Shown here: in pieces, positions 18,077-27,590 of the stretch
Position numbering within the stretch: the first letter of the stretch is position 1
Layout of the letters: each line of letters opens with the position of its first letter
Source: an uncultured Bacteroidota bacterium
GTDB lineage: Bacteria; Bacteroidota; Bacteroidia; Chitinophagales; Chitinophagaceae
Assembly (NCBI GenBank): GCA_903865435.1
Contig: CAIPJS010000072.1
Location: 21,695 to 85,694, forward strand
Direction: 5' to 3'
Length of the DNA: 64,000 bases
Position numbers and translations under genes: made by a program
Notes under the pieces: generated by a model
Database searches by the model: none
What the model saw: the letters and a program-made list of their open reading frames with translations, nothing else
Told to the model about the DNA's origin: nothing

Positions 18077-18116
18077 AAGATTCCAACAAAAAGATGCACC
18101 TTTCGGGTCTTATTCA

Positions 18117-18866
18117 ATGACAAAGCACATATACCATAACATAGCTTCTAGCAAGGCAAAAGCTCAAAAAGCTTTTGCTGTTTTAATAGACCCTGATAAG
18201 CTATCTGAACAAGGATTACTGAACACCATTGAAATTGCTGTAAAAGCAAAAGTGGATTTCTTTTTTGTAGGTGGCAGCTTGGTGGTGACCGACAAATTAG
18301 ATTCAATGGTAAGCACCATAAAAAAACATGCTAAGATCCCTATACTTTTATTTCCAGGCTCCCCCGATCAAATAACACCTAAAGCAGATGCCCTTTTGTA
18401 CTTATCATTAATTTCAGGGCGCAATGCAGAATTGCTGATTGGTCAACATGTGATAAGTGCCCCTTTTGTAAGACAAAGTGGATTGGAAATTATTCCTGTA
18501 GGTTATATGCTAATTGATGGCGGCTCTCCTACTACGGTTTCTTATATTTCTAATACCAATCCCATCCCTGCAAATAAAAATGATATTGCCATATGTACAG
18601 CCATGGCTGGAGAGATGCTAGGACTTAAGCTTATTTACATGGATGCGGGAAGTGGTGCATTAAAAGCCATCCCAACGGCTATGATACAGGAAGTAGCCAA
18701 ACACATACAAATACCTTTAGTGGTAGGAGGTGGCATTACCACCCCTGAAAAAGCAAAAGAAAACTGTTTGGCTGGAGCTGATATTATTGTAGTGGGCAAT
18801 GCAGCCGAAAAAGACCCAGAATTGATTACCGCTATTGCTGCGGCCATTCACAGTTTAAATAAGTAG
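18117..18866 (+). CDS. Geranylgeranylglyceryl / heptaprenylglyceryl phosphate synthase family protein (PcrB/GGGPS)
   Basis: 249-aa TIM-barrel family pattern: DFFFVGGS, GYMLIDGGS, IYMDAGSG and IPLVVGGGI (phosphate-binding). Confidence 0.75.
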   Translation: MTKHIYHNIASSKAKAQKAFAVLIDPDKLSEQGLLNTIEIAVKAKVDFFFVGGSLVVTDKLDSMVSTIKKHAKIPILLFPGSPDQITPKADALLYLSLISGRNAELLIGQHVISAPFVRQSGLEIIPVGYMLIDGGSPTTVSYISNTNPIPANKNDIAICTAMAGEMLGLKLIYMDAGSGALKAIPTAMIQEVAKHIQIPLVVGGGITTPEKAKENCLAGADIIVVGNAAEKDPELITAIAAAIHSLNK

Positions 18867-18875
18867 TAGCACTTT

Positions 18876-19607
18876 TTAGAAACTCATCATTTCTTTAAAT
18901 TTCACTGTTTGGCGTCGGCTAATTTCAATTTTCTCCCCTCCTTTTAGCTCAACCAATAAGCCTCCATTAAAGTAAGGCTCTATTTTTTCAATCCAATGCA
19001 AATTGATTATGTGTTTTCTATTGGCTCTAAAAAATACGCGGTCGTCAAGTCTTTCTTCCAATGCATTCAAAGACTTTAAGATAAGTGGCTTATTACTAGA
19101 AAAATATACTTTGGCATAATTGCCTACACTTTCAAACAAGCGAATGTCTTGTAGTTTTACAAACCAACACTTTTCACCATCTTTTACAAATACTTGATCG
19201 GCCTCGGACAATGGACCACGCTGATTGCCAGATAAACTTGCACGTTCTAATTCAATTTCTGCTTGTAGTTTTTGAATGGCGTCTGCCAATCTTTTTGGAT
19301 CGATGGGCTTTAATAAATAATCCAATGCATTTACTTCAAAAGCTTTTAAGGCAAATTCATCATATGCAGTTGTAAATATAACCTTGGGTGACTTCTCCAA
19401 TTCGGCCAATAAATCAAACCCTGTTTTTCCAGGCATTTGAATGTCTAAAAAAATAAGCTCGGGGCTAGACAATTCAATTTTCTCTATGCCTTCGTCAACA
19501 TTACTTGCTTCGTCTATTATTAAGATTTCAGAATGCTCTGCCAATAATTTTTTTAACTCATTTCGAGCCAATCTTTCATCATCAATAATAATTGCTTTAA
19601 TGGGCAT
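18876..19607 (-). CDS. LytTR-family two-component response regulator
   Basis: N-terminal receiver (IIIDDE.., phospho-acceptor context IFLDIQMPG, LLKP) and a C-terminal LytTR DNA-binding domain. It begins 4 nt after the kinase stop. Confidence 0.85.
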   Translation of the reverse strand: MPIKAIIIDDERLARNELKKLLAEHSEILIIDEASNVDEGIEKIELSSPELIFLDIQMPGKTGFDLLAELEKSPKVIFTTAYDEFALKAFEVNALDYLLKPIDPKRLADAIQKLQAEIELERASLSGNQRGPLSEADQVFVKDGEKCWFVKLQDIRLFESVGNYAKVYFSSNKPLILKSLNALEERLDDRVFFRANRKHIINLHWIEKIEPYFNGGLLVELKGGEKIEISRRQTVKFKEMMSF

Positions 19608-19610
19608 ACT

Positions 19611-20660
19611 TTACTTTTTAAAGTTAGAAATGGGAATGGCTAATTTTGCCGTTACTTGATTGGGCGCACATTGGAAAATTTCAAACAATGCTTGCCCATG
19701 GTACAAAATATTCAAACGATCTCTGGTACTTTGCAAACCAAATCCAGCACGCTCAGCAGCTTGTAAAATACCCGTATTTTGTACCATTAAAATAAGCTTG
19801 TCTTGATCAATTTTTGAAATTATTTTAATCAAACAATCCCCAGGGGCCTTGCTCAGTCCATGTTTGATGGCATTCTCTACCAAGGTTTGCAGCATCATAG
19901 GAGGCATTTGATTTTCAATAGATTTTGGATCAATTTCATATTCCACTTTTAATCTGTCTGCAAAACGAATGTATTCTAAAGCCAAATAATCTTTAACAAT
20001 ACCTAATTCTTTTTCGAGTGTAGTAATTTCTACTTTGTCCACTTGAATACTACTCCTTAAAATATTGCTCAACTCCGTGATGGCTTGCCTAGCTCTTTGC
20101 GGATCCTCGTCTACCAATGCGCGAATACTGTTTAAAGCATTGAAAATAAAGTGGGGATTAATCTGTGATTTAATTGTTTTTAATTCCAATTCCTTAATCA
20201 TTGTTTCCAATCTCACTTTCTTAATTTCTTCTGTATTCGTGAACTCAATATAATGCCATAGCACATAAACCGACATCCACACTAGAAAAATGGGCGTATC
20301 AAAAACGAGACTAAAAAGAAATCTTCGAGATACCGGAATTTCTCTACCTGGTTCATATAATTTTAATATACCAGCTAAATAACTAGTAGAAAAACTGTTT
20401 ACAATAGAAAACGCAAGTAATAATAAAACTAATTTCCACCATTGATTTGAGGGCATCGGCGGACGTAATGAAGTACGATGCATGGTTTCTCTCAACAAGT
20501 GAGTGATGAGAATACCTATAAACAAATTCAATACCAATCTTGGGTAAAAAACTGGATTCAATTCTTTGTCTAAAATAGAGGCAAAAAATAAGATCGTAAG
20601 CCCGTAACTAAACCAGCCAGAAATTTGACAAATCCAATATAATGAAGAATGCTTTTTCAT
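19611..20660 (-). CDS. Membrane sensor histidine kinase (LytS/YehU-type His_kinase + HATPase)
   Basis: N-terminal TM helices, INPHFIFNALNSI (phospho-His region) and the N-box TLVENAIKHG. I prefer the ATG at 20660 (MKKHSS..) to the track TTG at 20669. Confidence 0.8.
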   Translation of the reverse strand: MKKHSSLYWICQISGWFSYGLTILFFASILDKELNPVFYPRLVLNLFIGILITHLLRETMHRTSLRPPMPSNQWWKLVLLLLAFSIVNSFSTSYLAGILKLYEPGREIPVSRRFLFSLVFDTPIFLVWMSVYVLWHYIEFTNTEEIKKVRLETMIKELELKTIKSQINPHFIFNALNSIRALVDEDPQRARQAITELSNILRSSIQVDKVEITTLEKELGIVKDYLALEYIRFADRLKVEYEIDPKSIENQMPPMMLQTLVENAIKHGLSKAPGDCLIKIISKIDQDKLILMVQNTGILQAAERAGFGLQSTRDRLNILYHGQALFEIFQCAPNQVTAKLAIPISNFKK

Positions 20661-20666
20661 CTTATT

Positions 20667-20674
20667 CAAATTTA
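20667..20674 (-). promoter_or_regulatory. Candidate -7 box TAAATTTG, 6 nt upstream of the kinase ATG
   Basis: Matches TAnnTTTG on the minus strand. No -33 TTTG was seen. Confidence 0.3.
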
Positions 20675-20813
20675 CTCTAAATAGCTTGTTAACTGGCCTA
20701 GACTTTGGATAATAGGTTAAATAATTGGCTAGGTGGTAAATAAGGGAATTTGACTTTAAACTTTTGTTGAATATTTACGTTAATAAGTTACTTTTACAAC
20801 ACAAATTTGAAGC

Positions 20814-22736
20814 ATGCAGATTGAAGCGGGCCCATTATTAAAATTCATCAACTCCCCAGAAGACTTGAAAAAAGTTTCCAAGGAAAAACTGCATCAAGTA
20901 TGTGACGAATTGCGTCAGTACATCATTGATATAGTGAGTGTGCATGGAGGCCATTTTGCTGCAAGTTTAGGTGTAGTTGAATTAACTGTGGCACTCCATT
21001 ACATTTACAATACCCCTTACGACCAATTGGTATGGGATGTGGGTCATCAAGCCTATGGTCATAAGATTTTAACTGGCCGTCGTGATTCATTTATTACCAA
21101 TCGCAAATACAATGGATTGAGTGGTTTTCCAAAAAGGTCCGAAAGTGAATACGATACATTTGGCGTAGGCCATTCTTCTACTTCTATTTCTGCTGCCTTA
21201 GGTATGTCCATGGCTGCGAAGTATAAAAATGAAAATAGGAAATCGGTAGCCATCATTGGTGATGGTTCATTAACTGCTGGTATGGCTTTTGAAGCCATGA
21301 ACCATGCTGGGGTTGCAGACAGCGACGTACTTATTATTTTGAACGACAATTGCATGAGTATTGACCCCAATGTGGGTGCGCTGAAAGAATATTTAACAGA
21401 TATTAGTACTTCTCCTACTTATAATAAAGTAAGGGACGAACTTTGGCAGTTGATGGGAAAATTACCTGTTGGAAAAAAGTTTACACGCGAGATGGCTTCA
21501 AAAGTGGAGGCAAGTATTAAAGGTGTGGTTTCAAAAAGTAGTAATTTATTTGAGGCTTTGAATTTGCGTTATTTTGGTCCTATCGATGGGCACAATATTG
21601 CCAACTTAGTAGATACCTTAAAAGATTTAAGAGAAATTCCCGGACCAAAAATATTGCATGTACTTACTGTAAAAGGAAAAGGCTATGCGTTAGCAGAAAA
21701 AGATCAAACCAAGTGGCATGCGCCAGGCTTGTTTGATAAATTAACTGGCGAGATTATTAAGAAAAAAATTGAGACGCCGCAGCCGCCTAAATACCAAGAT
21801 GTATTTGGGCATACGATTGTGGAGCTTGCTAAATTGAATAAATCTATCATGGGTATTACCCCTGCAATGCCTAGTGGTTCTTCTTTGAAATTTATGATGG
21901 AAGCCATGCCAGACAGGGCTTTCGACATAGGCATCTGCGAGCAACACGCCGTTACATTAAGTGCCGGATTGGCTACACAAGGCATCAAAGCATTTTGCAA
22001 TATCTATTCTTCCTTTATGCAAAGAGCTTATGACCAAGTGATTCATGATGTGGCATTGCAAAATCTACCTGTGGTTTTTTGTTTAGATCGTGCAGGCTTG
22101 GTGGGCGAAGATGGACCTACGCACCACGGTTGTTATGATATTGCTTTTTTTAGATGTATTCCCAATATGATTGTTTCTGCTCCAATGAACGAAGTAGAAT
22201 TACGCAATCTAATGTATACTGCACAATTACCCGAAACCAATGCCCCTTTTGTAATTAGATATCCAAGAGGAGAAGGGGTTTTAGTAGATTGGCAAAAACC
22301 ATTCGAAAAAATTACCATAGGTAAAGGCAGAAAATTAAAAGATGGTAAAGACATTGCTATTTTATCCTTAGGTCATCCGGGTAATTTTGCACAAACAGCC
22401 ATTAGAAATTTAAGAGAAGAAGGTATTGATGCCGCCCATTTTGACATACGTTTTGTAAAACCTTTGGACGAAGCTTTATTGCATGAAGTGTTTAAAAATT
22501 ATGATAAAATTGTTACAGTGGAAGATGCTACTGTAGTAGGAGGAATGGGTTCAGCTATTTTAGAATTCATGAACGAACATAACTATTCAAGTAAAATTAC
22601 CATTTTAGGTATTCCAGATAGCATTGTAGAACATGGTAGTTTAAAAGAATTACATCACGAGTGTCATTATGATGCGATTGCCATTGCGGATGCCGTGAAA
22701 GCCTTACTAGGTAAGCAGATTATGTCTGAGGTATAA
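20814..22736 (+). CDS. dxs: 1-deoxy-D-xylulose-5-phosphate synthase
   Basis: 640 aa, with HGGHFAASLGVVELTVALH, the TPP motif GDGSLTAGMAFEAMNHAG, and the transketolase-like Pyr and C-terminal domains. Confidence 0.93.
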   Translation: MQIEAGPLLKFINSPEDLKKVSKEKLHQVCDELRQYIIDIVSVHGGHFAASLGVVELTVALHYIYNTPYDQLVWDVGHQAYGHKILTGRRDSFITNRKYNGLSGFPKRSESEYDTFGVGHSSTSISAALGMSMAAKYKNENRKSVAIIGDGSLTAGMAFEAMNHAGVADSDVLIILNDNCMSIDPNVGALKEYLTDISTSPTYNKVRDELWQLMGKLPVGKKFTREMASKVEASIKGVVSKSSNLFEALNLRYFGPIDGHNIANLVDTLKDLREIPGPKILHVLTVKGKGYALAEKDQTKWHAPGLFDKLTGEIIKKKIETPQPPKYQDVFGHTIVELAKLNKSIMGITPAMPSGSSLKFMMEAMPDRAFDIGICEQHAVTLSAGLATQGIKAFCNIYSSFMQRAYDQVIHDVALQNLPVVFCLDRAGLVGEDGPTHHGCYDIAFFRCIPNMIVSAPMNEVELRNLMYTAQLPETNAPFVIRYPRGEGVLVDWQKPFEKITIGKGRKLKDGKDIAILSLGHPGNFAQTAIRNLREEGIDAAHFDIRFVKPLDEALLHEVFKNYDKIVTVEDATVVGGMGSAILEFMNEHNYSSKITILGIPDSIVEHGSLKELHHECHYDAIAIADAVKALLGKQIMSEV

Positions 22737-22787
22737 AGTTTACTGTAAATTTATTACAAGATTCACTGCCAATTTTCAAAAGAGTGA

Positions 22788-23675
22788 TTAGTTCAAACTT
22801 GGATCGAAATCTCCCAAATTTTCTTCTCTTTCATCGGTTTGTATAGGATCCTCTTTGAACGATTCTAAATTCGGCGTTTCATAAGAATCGAAATTATCTA
22901 CATGGCCAGGCTCTAAATCATCTTCTCTATTTTCATTCCATTCGATAATAAAATTATTGCGGCCTTCGCCCACCATTAACTTCATGTATTTTTGTTGAGA
23001 CAATTCTAATATTGATAAGAATAGGAATAAGGCGTGCACTCGGTCTTGACAGATGTCAAATACTTTTTCAAAAGCCACTGTTTTCCCTTCCTTTACAATA
23101 TCCAATAAGTAAGCCCTACTACCTTCCATGGTATAGTTATACCTCACTACTGTATGTACTGGCTTATTCTGACGGTCTTGCAAACGCGTCATTACTTTTT
23201 CAAACGACTTCATCAATTTAAACAAAGTCACTGTTTGCAACTCAGTGCCTTCGGCTGCTTCTTCTCCTACCAAAGACATTTCTTGTTGAATATTGCCACG
23301 CTTCATCATCAGCATTCTAAGCGCTTCCAAATCGGCCATCTGCACTGCCGCATCTTTATATTTTTTATACTCTAAAATTTTATCGATCAATTCTTGTCTT
23401 GGGTCAATTTCATTGCCCAAAGCATCTAATTCTTTTCTTGGCAATAAAAGTTTTGCTTTAATGCGCATTAAGGTAGAAACAAACAAAATGAACTCGCTAC
23501 TTAATTCAATATTTACTTTTTCTTGATCATGAATAAAGTTTAAAAAATCGTTGATGATTTTTGTAATCTGAATATTGTAGATATCCATTTCATCACGCTC
23601 AATAAAGAAAAGAAGTAAGTCAAAAGGACCTTCAAATTGGTCAACTTTTATAGAATAATTTGCTTGCTGGTTCAT
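22788..23675 (-). CDS. scpA: Segregation and condensation protein A (ScpA) with acidic C-terminal tail
   Basis: FEGPFDLLLFFIERDEMDIYNIQI is typical of the ScpA N-terminus. I chose the ATG at 23675 over the GTG at 23681. Confidence 0.8.
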   Translation of the reverse strand: MNQQANYSIKVDQFEGPFDLLLFFIERDEMDIYNIQITKIINDFLNFIHDQEKVNIELSSEFILFVSTLMRIKAKLLLPRKELDALGNEIDPRQELIDKILEYKKYKDAAVQMADLEALRMLMMKRGNIQQEMSLVGEEAAEGTELQTVTLFKLMKSFEKVMTRLQDRQNKPVHTVVRYNYTMEGSRAYLLDIVKEGKTVAFEKVFDICQDRVHALFLFLSILELSQQKYMKLMVGEGRNNFIIEWNENREDDLEPGHVDNFDSYETPNLESFKEDPIQTDEREENLGDFDPSLN

Positions 23676-23774
23676 GCCCACAAAGAAAAGGAATCAGGAC
23701 TAATTTATAGCCAAATGGCCAAGTATTTATCCACTTTTATAAAAAATCAAGCATCTTTACCCAAAATTTAGCGC

Positions 23775-24647
23775 ATGGACAATAAGTTCATCCATTGGGT
23801 CATATTCTGCATTTTAGCCCTCATTTGGGGCAGCTCTTTTATACTTATGAAAGAAGGGCTCACCCAACTTTCTCCCTATCAAGTAGCTTCGCTGCGCATG
23901 CTATTTGCAGGCTTGATATTATTGCCTTTTGCTTTTAAGGCGCTAAAAAAAATACCTAAAGAAAAAATGGGATTGGTGTTGCTTTCGGGAATTCTTGGAA
24001 ATTTTATTCCGGCTTTTTTGTTTTGTATTGCCGAAACTAAAATTGATAGCGCGTTGGCCGGCATATTAAATTCATTGACCCCTTTGTTTACCATTTTAGT
24101 GGGTTTATTTTTTTTCAAAATTGCAGCAAGTGCACAAAAAATTATAGGTGTCTTAGTGGGTTTTGTTGGTCTTTGTTTACTTTTTGCAGCAGGTAAAAAT
24201 ATTAGTTTTGAAAATTTATCTTATGCCGCTTTGGTTTTAGTGGCTACTTTTTTTTATGGCTTAAATGTAAATATGGTAGGAAAATTTTTACAAAATATTC
24301 GCGCCTTAGATATTGCAGCTGTCGCTTTTGCTTTTTTAATTATCCCTAGTGCTTGTATCCTTTACACCACCGGCTACTTTAATTTAAATTTTAATAACCC
24401 ATCAATAGTCAATGCTACCTTAGGCGGTATATGTTTAGGAGTAGTAGGCACTTCTATCGCTTCCATTCTTTTTTACATGCTCATTAAAAGATCTACAATT
24501 GTTTTTGCCTCCATGGTTACTTATGGCATACCTATTGTTGCAGTGGCCTGGGGCGTGTATTACGGAGAGCGTATTACGATATTACAACTAGGAAGTTTGC
24601 TTATAATTTTAGCAGGGGTGTATATCGTAAATAAGCCCCGACACTAA
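23775..24647 (+). CDS. EamA/DMT family transporter
   Basis: 290 aa with about ten hydrophobic helices in two EamA-like halves. Confidence 0.75.
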   Translation: MDNKFIHWVIFCILALIWGSSFILMKEGLTQLSPYQVASLRMLFAGLILLPFAFKALKKIPKEKMGLVLLSGILGNFIPAFLFCIAETKIDSALAGILNSLTPLFTILVGLFFFKIAASAQKIIGVLVGFVGLCLLFAAGKNISFENLSYAALVLVATFFYGLNVNMVGKFLQNIRALDIAAVAFAFLIIPSACILYTTGYFNLNFNNPSIVNATLGGICLGVVGTSIASILFYMLIKRSTIVFASMVTYGIPIVAVAWGVYYGERITILQLGSLLIILAGVYIVNKPRH

Positions 24648-24691
24648 AAGTACCAAGGCTTATTTTTATGTGTTGCGATACATGTATCCAA

Positions 24692-25255
24692 TTAGATCGT
24701 CATGATCTCTTTTTCTTTAGACTCTAAATGCTTTTCAACCAAGTTGATGTGCTTGTCGGTGATTTGTTGAATCTCATCTTCTGCACCTTTACAAATATCC
24801 AAACTTGCTCCATCTTTTTGCAATTTCTTCACTTGCTCAATATGATCACGTCTGATATTACGAATTGACACCTTACTTAACTCCCCTTCTGCACTTGCTT
24901 TTTTAACTAATTCTTTACGACGCTCTTCGGTTAAAGGCGGTGTAAACAATCTAATTTGTATGCCATCGTTTTGAGGAGTGATGCCAATATTGGCAGCCAT
25001 GATGGCTCTTTCTATAAGTGCCAACATGTTCTTTTCCCATGGTTGTATACTAATGGTTCTGCTATCTAATACTTGCACATTGCCTACCTGGCTCACTGGT
25101 GTAGGCGTACCATAATAATCTACATTGATCCCTTCTAAAATGGACGGAGAAGCTTTACCAGCTCTAATTTTAGAAATTTCAATTTCTAAATGATTGATGG
25201 CCTTTTTCATGCTTGTTTCGGCATTCTGGGCGATTTTTTTTAACTCTTCTGACAT
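24692..25255 (-). CDS. frr: Ribosome recycling factor
   Basis: RRF pattern: KIRAGKASPSILEGINVDYYG, ERRKELVK and IRNIRRD. I chose the ATG at 25255 (MSEELKK); the track start at 25261 is TTG. Confidence 0.9.
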   Translation of the reverse strand: MSEELKKIAQNAETSMKKAINHLEIEISKIRAGKASPSILEGINVDYYGTPTPVSQVGNVQVLDSRTISIQPWEKNMLALIERAIMAANIGITPQNDGIQIRLFTPPLTEERRKELVKKASAEGELSKVSIRNIRRDHIEQVKKLQKDGASLDICKGAEDEIQQITDKHINLVEKHLESKEKEIMTI

Positions 25256-25274
25256 TTTCAATTATTTGAGTCTT

Positions 25275-25307
25275 CAAAGCTACGCAAATCATAGAATTGC
25301 GCACAAG
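25275..25307 (-). promoter_or_regulatory. Candidate frr promoter: -33 (C)TTG, 21-nt spacer, -7 TAGCTTTG
   Basis: On the minus strand, CTTG lies at 25307-25304 and TAGCTTTG at 25282-25275. The leader to the ATG at 25255 is about 19 nt. Confidence 0.45.
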
Positions 25308-25357
25308 TCTTTTTTGGCTTTTTAGCAGTTTTTCGATGCAAATTAGACTATGAATTC

Positions 25358-25365
25358 TATCTTTG
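25358..25365 (+). promoter_or_regulatory. Candidate -7 box TATCTTTG for the transketolase N-half gene
   Basis: Matches TAnnTTTG 22 nt upstream of the ATG at 25388. Confidence 0.3.
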
Positions 25366-25387
25366 CCACCACTAGAATCAAACAAAT

Positions 25388-26227
25388 ATGCTTACTACCG
25401 ATTTAACTAAAATTGCTTCTCAAATTAGAAGAGACATTGTAAGAATGGTGCATGCTCAACAAAGTGGTCACCCAGGTGGTTCTTTGGGTTGCACCGATTT
25501 CCTAACAGCACTGTATTTTAAAGTGATGAAAATAGATACCAATTTCTCTATGGATGGAAAGAACGAAGATCTTTTCTTTTTATCCAACGGTCATATCTCT
25601 CCTGTATTCTATTCTGTATTGGCAAGGTCTGGCTATTTTGATGTAAAAGAATTGGCCAGTTTTAGAAAAATAAATTCACGTTTGCAAGGACATCCCACTA
25701 CCCACGATCATTTACCTGGCGTGAGAATTGCAAGCGGCTCTTTAGGTCAAGGCATGAGTGTTGCCATTGGTGCAGCGCTTGCTAAAAAATACAATAACGA
25801 TGATCGCACTGTTTATTGTTTGCATGGAGATGGTGAATTACAAGAAGGACAAATTTGGGAAGCAGTAATGTTTGCAGCACACAATAAAGTGGACAATTTA
25901 ATTGCTACTGTAGATGTGAATGGTCAACAAATTGATGGCCCTTTAAGTAAAGTATTGTCTTTAGATAGTTTAGAAGAAAAATTCAATGCATTTCATTGGA
26001 CCGTTTTACATATGGATGGACACAATATGGACAATATTATTGCAACATTGGATCAAGCGAAATCATTAACTGGCAAAGGCAAGCCTATTTGTATTTTGAT
26101 GAAAACAGAAATGGGCAAAGGAGTTGATTTTATGGAAGGCAGCCATGAATGGCATGGCATTGCACCAAATGACGAACAATTAGCAAAAGCATTGGGACAA
26201 CTAGAGGAAACCCTGGGTGATTATTAA
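25388..26227 (+). CDS. Transketolase, N-terminal (TPP-binding) subunit of a split enzyme
   Basis: Motifs SGHPGGSLG, GSLGQGMSVAIG and HGDGELQEGQIWEA. The ORF stops after 279 aa, which is the length of the N-terminal half only. Confidence 0.85.
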   Translation: MLTTDLTKIASQIRRDIVRMVHAQQSGHPGGSLGCTDFLTALYFKVMKIDTNFSMDGKNEDLFFLSNGHISPVFYSVLARSGYFDVKELASFRKINSRLQGHPTTHDHLPGVRIASGSLGQGMSVAIGAALAKKYNNDDRTVYCLHGDGELQEGQIWEAVMFAAHNKVDNLIATVDVNGQQIDGPLSKVLSLDSLEEKFNAFHWTVLHMDGHNMDNIIATLDQAKSLTGKGKPICILMKTEMGKGVDFMEGSHEWHGIAPNDEQLAKALGQLEETLGDY

Positions 26228-26375
26228 TTTTTATTTTTTATATTTCCCCATCTTAATAAATTATAAATAATTTATTAAGTCATTTTTTAAGCGCATTTTA
26301 TAGAATATAAATTCCTCTATTTAATCTCTAATTATTTTTGATTTTTTTACTTTCTCCTATCAAGAGAAATTAAGT

Positions 26376-27590
26376 CTAATTTATTTTTTCAAACAATCTA
26401 TCGGCGGCCCTGCGCGCTGGCAACCATCCTGCCAATAAGGCAATTGCTATTACCAACAGTATAATTGCAATATAATCTTCGGCCATGGGTTTGACTGGAT
26501 AATAATCTATTACAAAAGATTCCCCGCCTAATTTTATAAAGTGAAAAGTATGCTGCAACCAGCAGAATAAACTGGCTAAACCCCCGCCAATAAAGGCGCC
26601 CATAAAAGCCATTATTCCTGATAGCAATAAAAATATTTTCTGAATGTCCCAAGGTCTTGCACCCATTGCGTGTAAGACATGTATGTCATTTTGTTTCTCC
26701 AATACCAGCATGGTTAATGCGCCAACTAGATTAAACGAAGCCACCATCATGATTAATGCGAGAATAGAAAAAATAATCCATTTTTCCATTTGCATTATTT
26801 TATATAAATCCATGTTTTGTTCAAACTTATTCTTGACAATGAATTGGGGACCTAATTTATTTCTTAATTGTTCCATTACATGCGCTTCTGCATTGGGTAG
26901 CACTGAAAGCTCAATAGCCGACATTTGATTGGGCGCTAAATCGAATAAGTATTGCGCAAAAGTAGTATTGGTAAAAACATATTGGTCGTCAAATTCTTGT
27001 TGTACCGAAAAAGCACCTGCCTCTAGCGCATTTAAAGTATTTAACTGATTGATGCTATTAATGGATTGACCGGATCTATTTACCGCAAACAATTGCAAGG
27101 TATCGCCAAGTAAACTTTGAAACAATCCTAAGTGTTGCTCAACACCAATTCCCATGATTAATTGTGGATTTTGAAAATCACCTATTTCGCATTTACCTCT
27201 TCTTAAATGAGATCTAATATTATTAATATGGCCATAAGTAGGGTCAACCCCTTTTACCATCACTACCGCTTGCAAATTATTTTTTACAATTAATGCTCGG
27301 TTTTCCACCACCCTGCTTACTGCATTTACCCCTTCCATTTTTTCAACAAGATGATAGGTACTGTCCGAAATAGTAAAAAACTTTCCTTGAGCAGGAGTGA
27401 TACGAACATCTGCATAAAAGTCAGCATACAAACCTTTAACTATTTCTGTGAACCCATTGGATACACTTAATATTAAAATGAGTGCAGCAGTGCCTAATGC
27501 AATGGCAAAGACACTTACCCAGGCAATAATTTGAATTGCTTGAAAGGAATATTTACCTCTAAAATAACGCCATGCAAATAAAAAATGCAC
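26376..27590 (-). CDS. FtsX-like ABC transporter permease (LolC/LolE family)
   Basis: 404 aa with an N-terminal TM helix, a large periplasmic domain and three C-terminal TM helices (FtsX fold). The GTG start abuts the rbfA stop. Confidence 0.75.
   Translation of the reverse strand: MHFLFAWRYFRGKYSFQAIQIIAWVSVFAIALGTAALILILSVSNGFTEIVKGLYADFYADVRITPAQGKFFTISDSTYHLVEKMEGVNAVSRVVENRALIVKNNLQAVVMVKGVDPTYGHINNIRSHLRRGKCEIGDFQNPQLIMGIGVEQHLGLFQSLLGDTLQLFAVNRSGQSINSINQLNTLNALEAGAFSVQQEFDDQYVFTNTTFAQYLFDLAPNQMSAIELSVLPNAEAHVMEQLRNKLGPQFIVKNKFEQNMDLYKIMQMEKWIIFSILALIMMVASFNLVGALTMLVLEKQNDIHVLHAMGARPWDIQKIFLLLSGIMAFMGAFIGGGLASLFCWLQHTFHFIKLGGESFVIDYYPVKPMAEDYIAIILLVIAIALLAGWLPARRAADRLFEKIN

Noticed and set aside
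17793-18116. Cobalamin riboswitch or tandem NrdR boxes upstream of nrdJ
   Set aside because: Only fragments resemble the B12 core (gggaa..aagccgg), with no B12-box/GCCACTG arrangement, and repression of a B12-dependent enzyme by B12 would make little sense. NrdR-like matches are half-sites only (for example attgtgt). I leave this as an open question in the findings rather than calling a feature.
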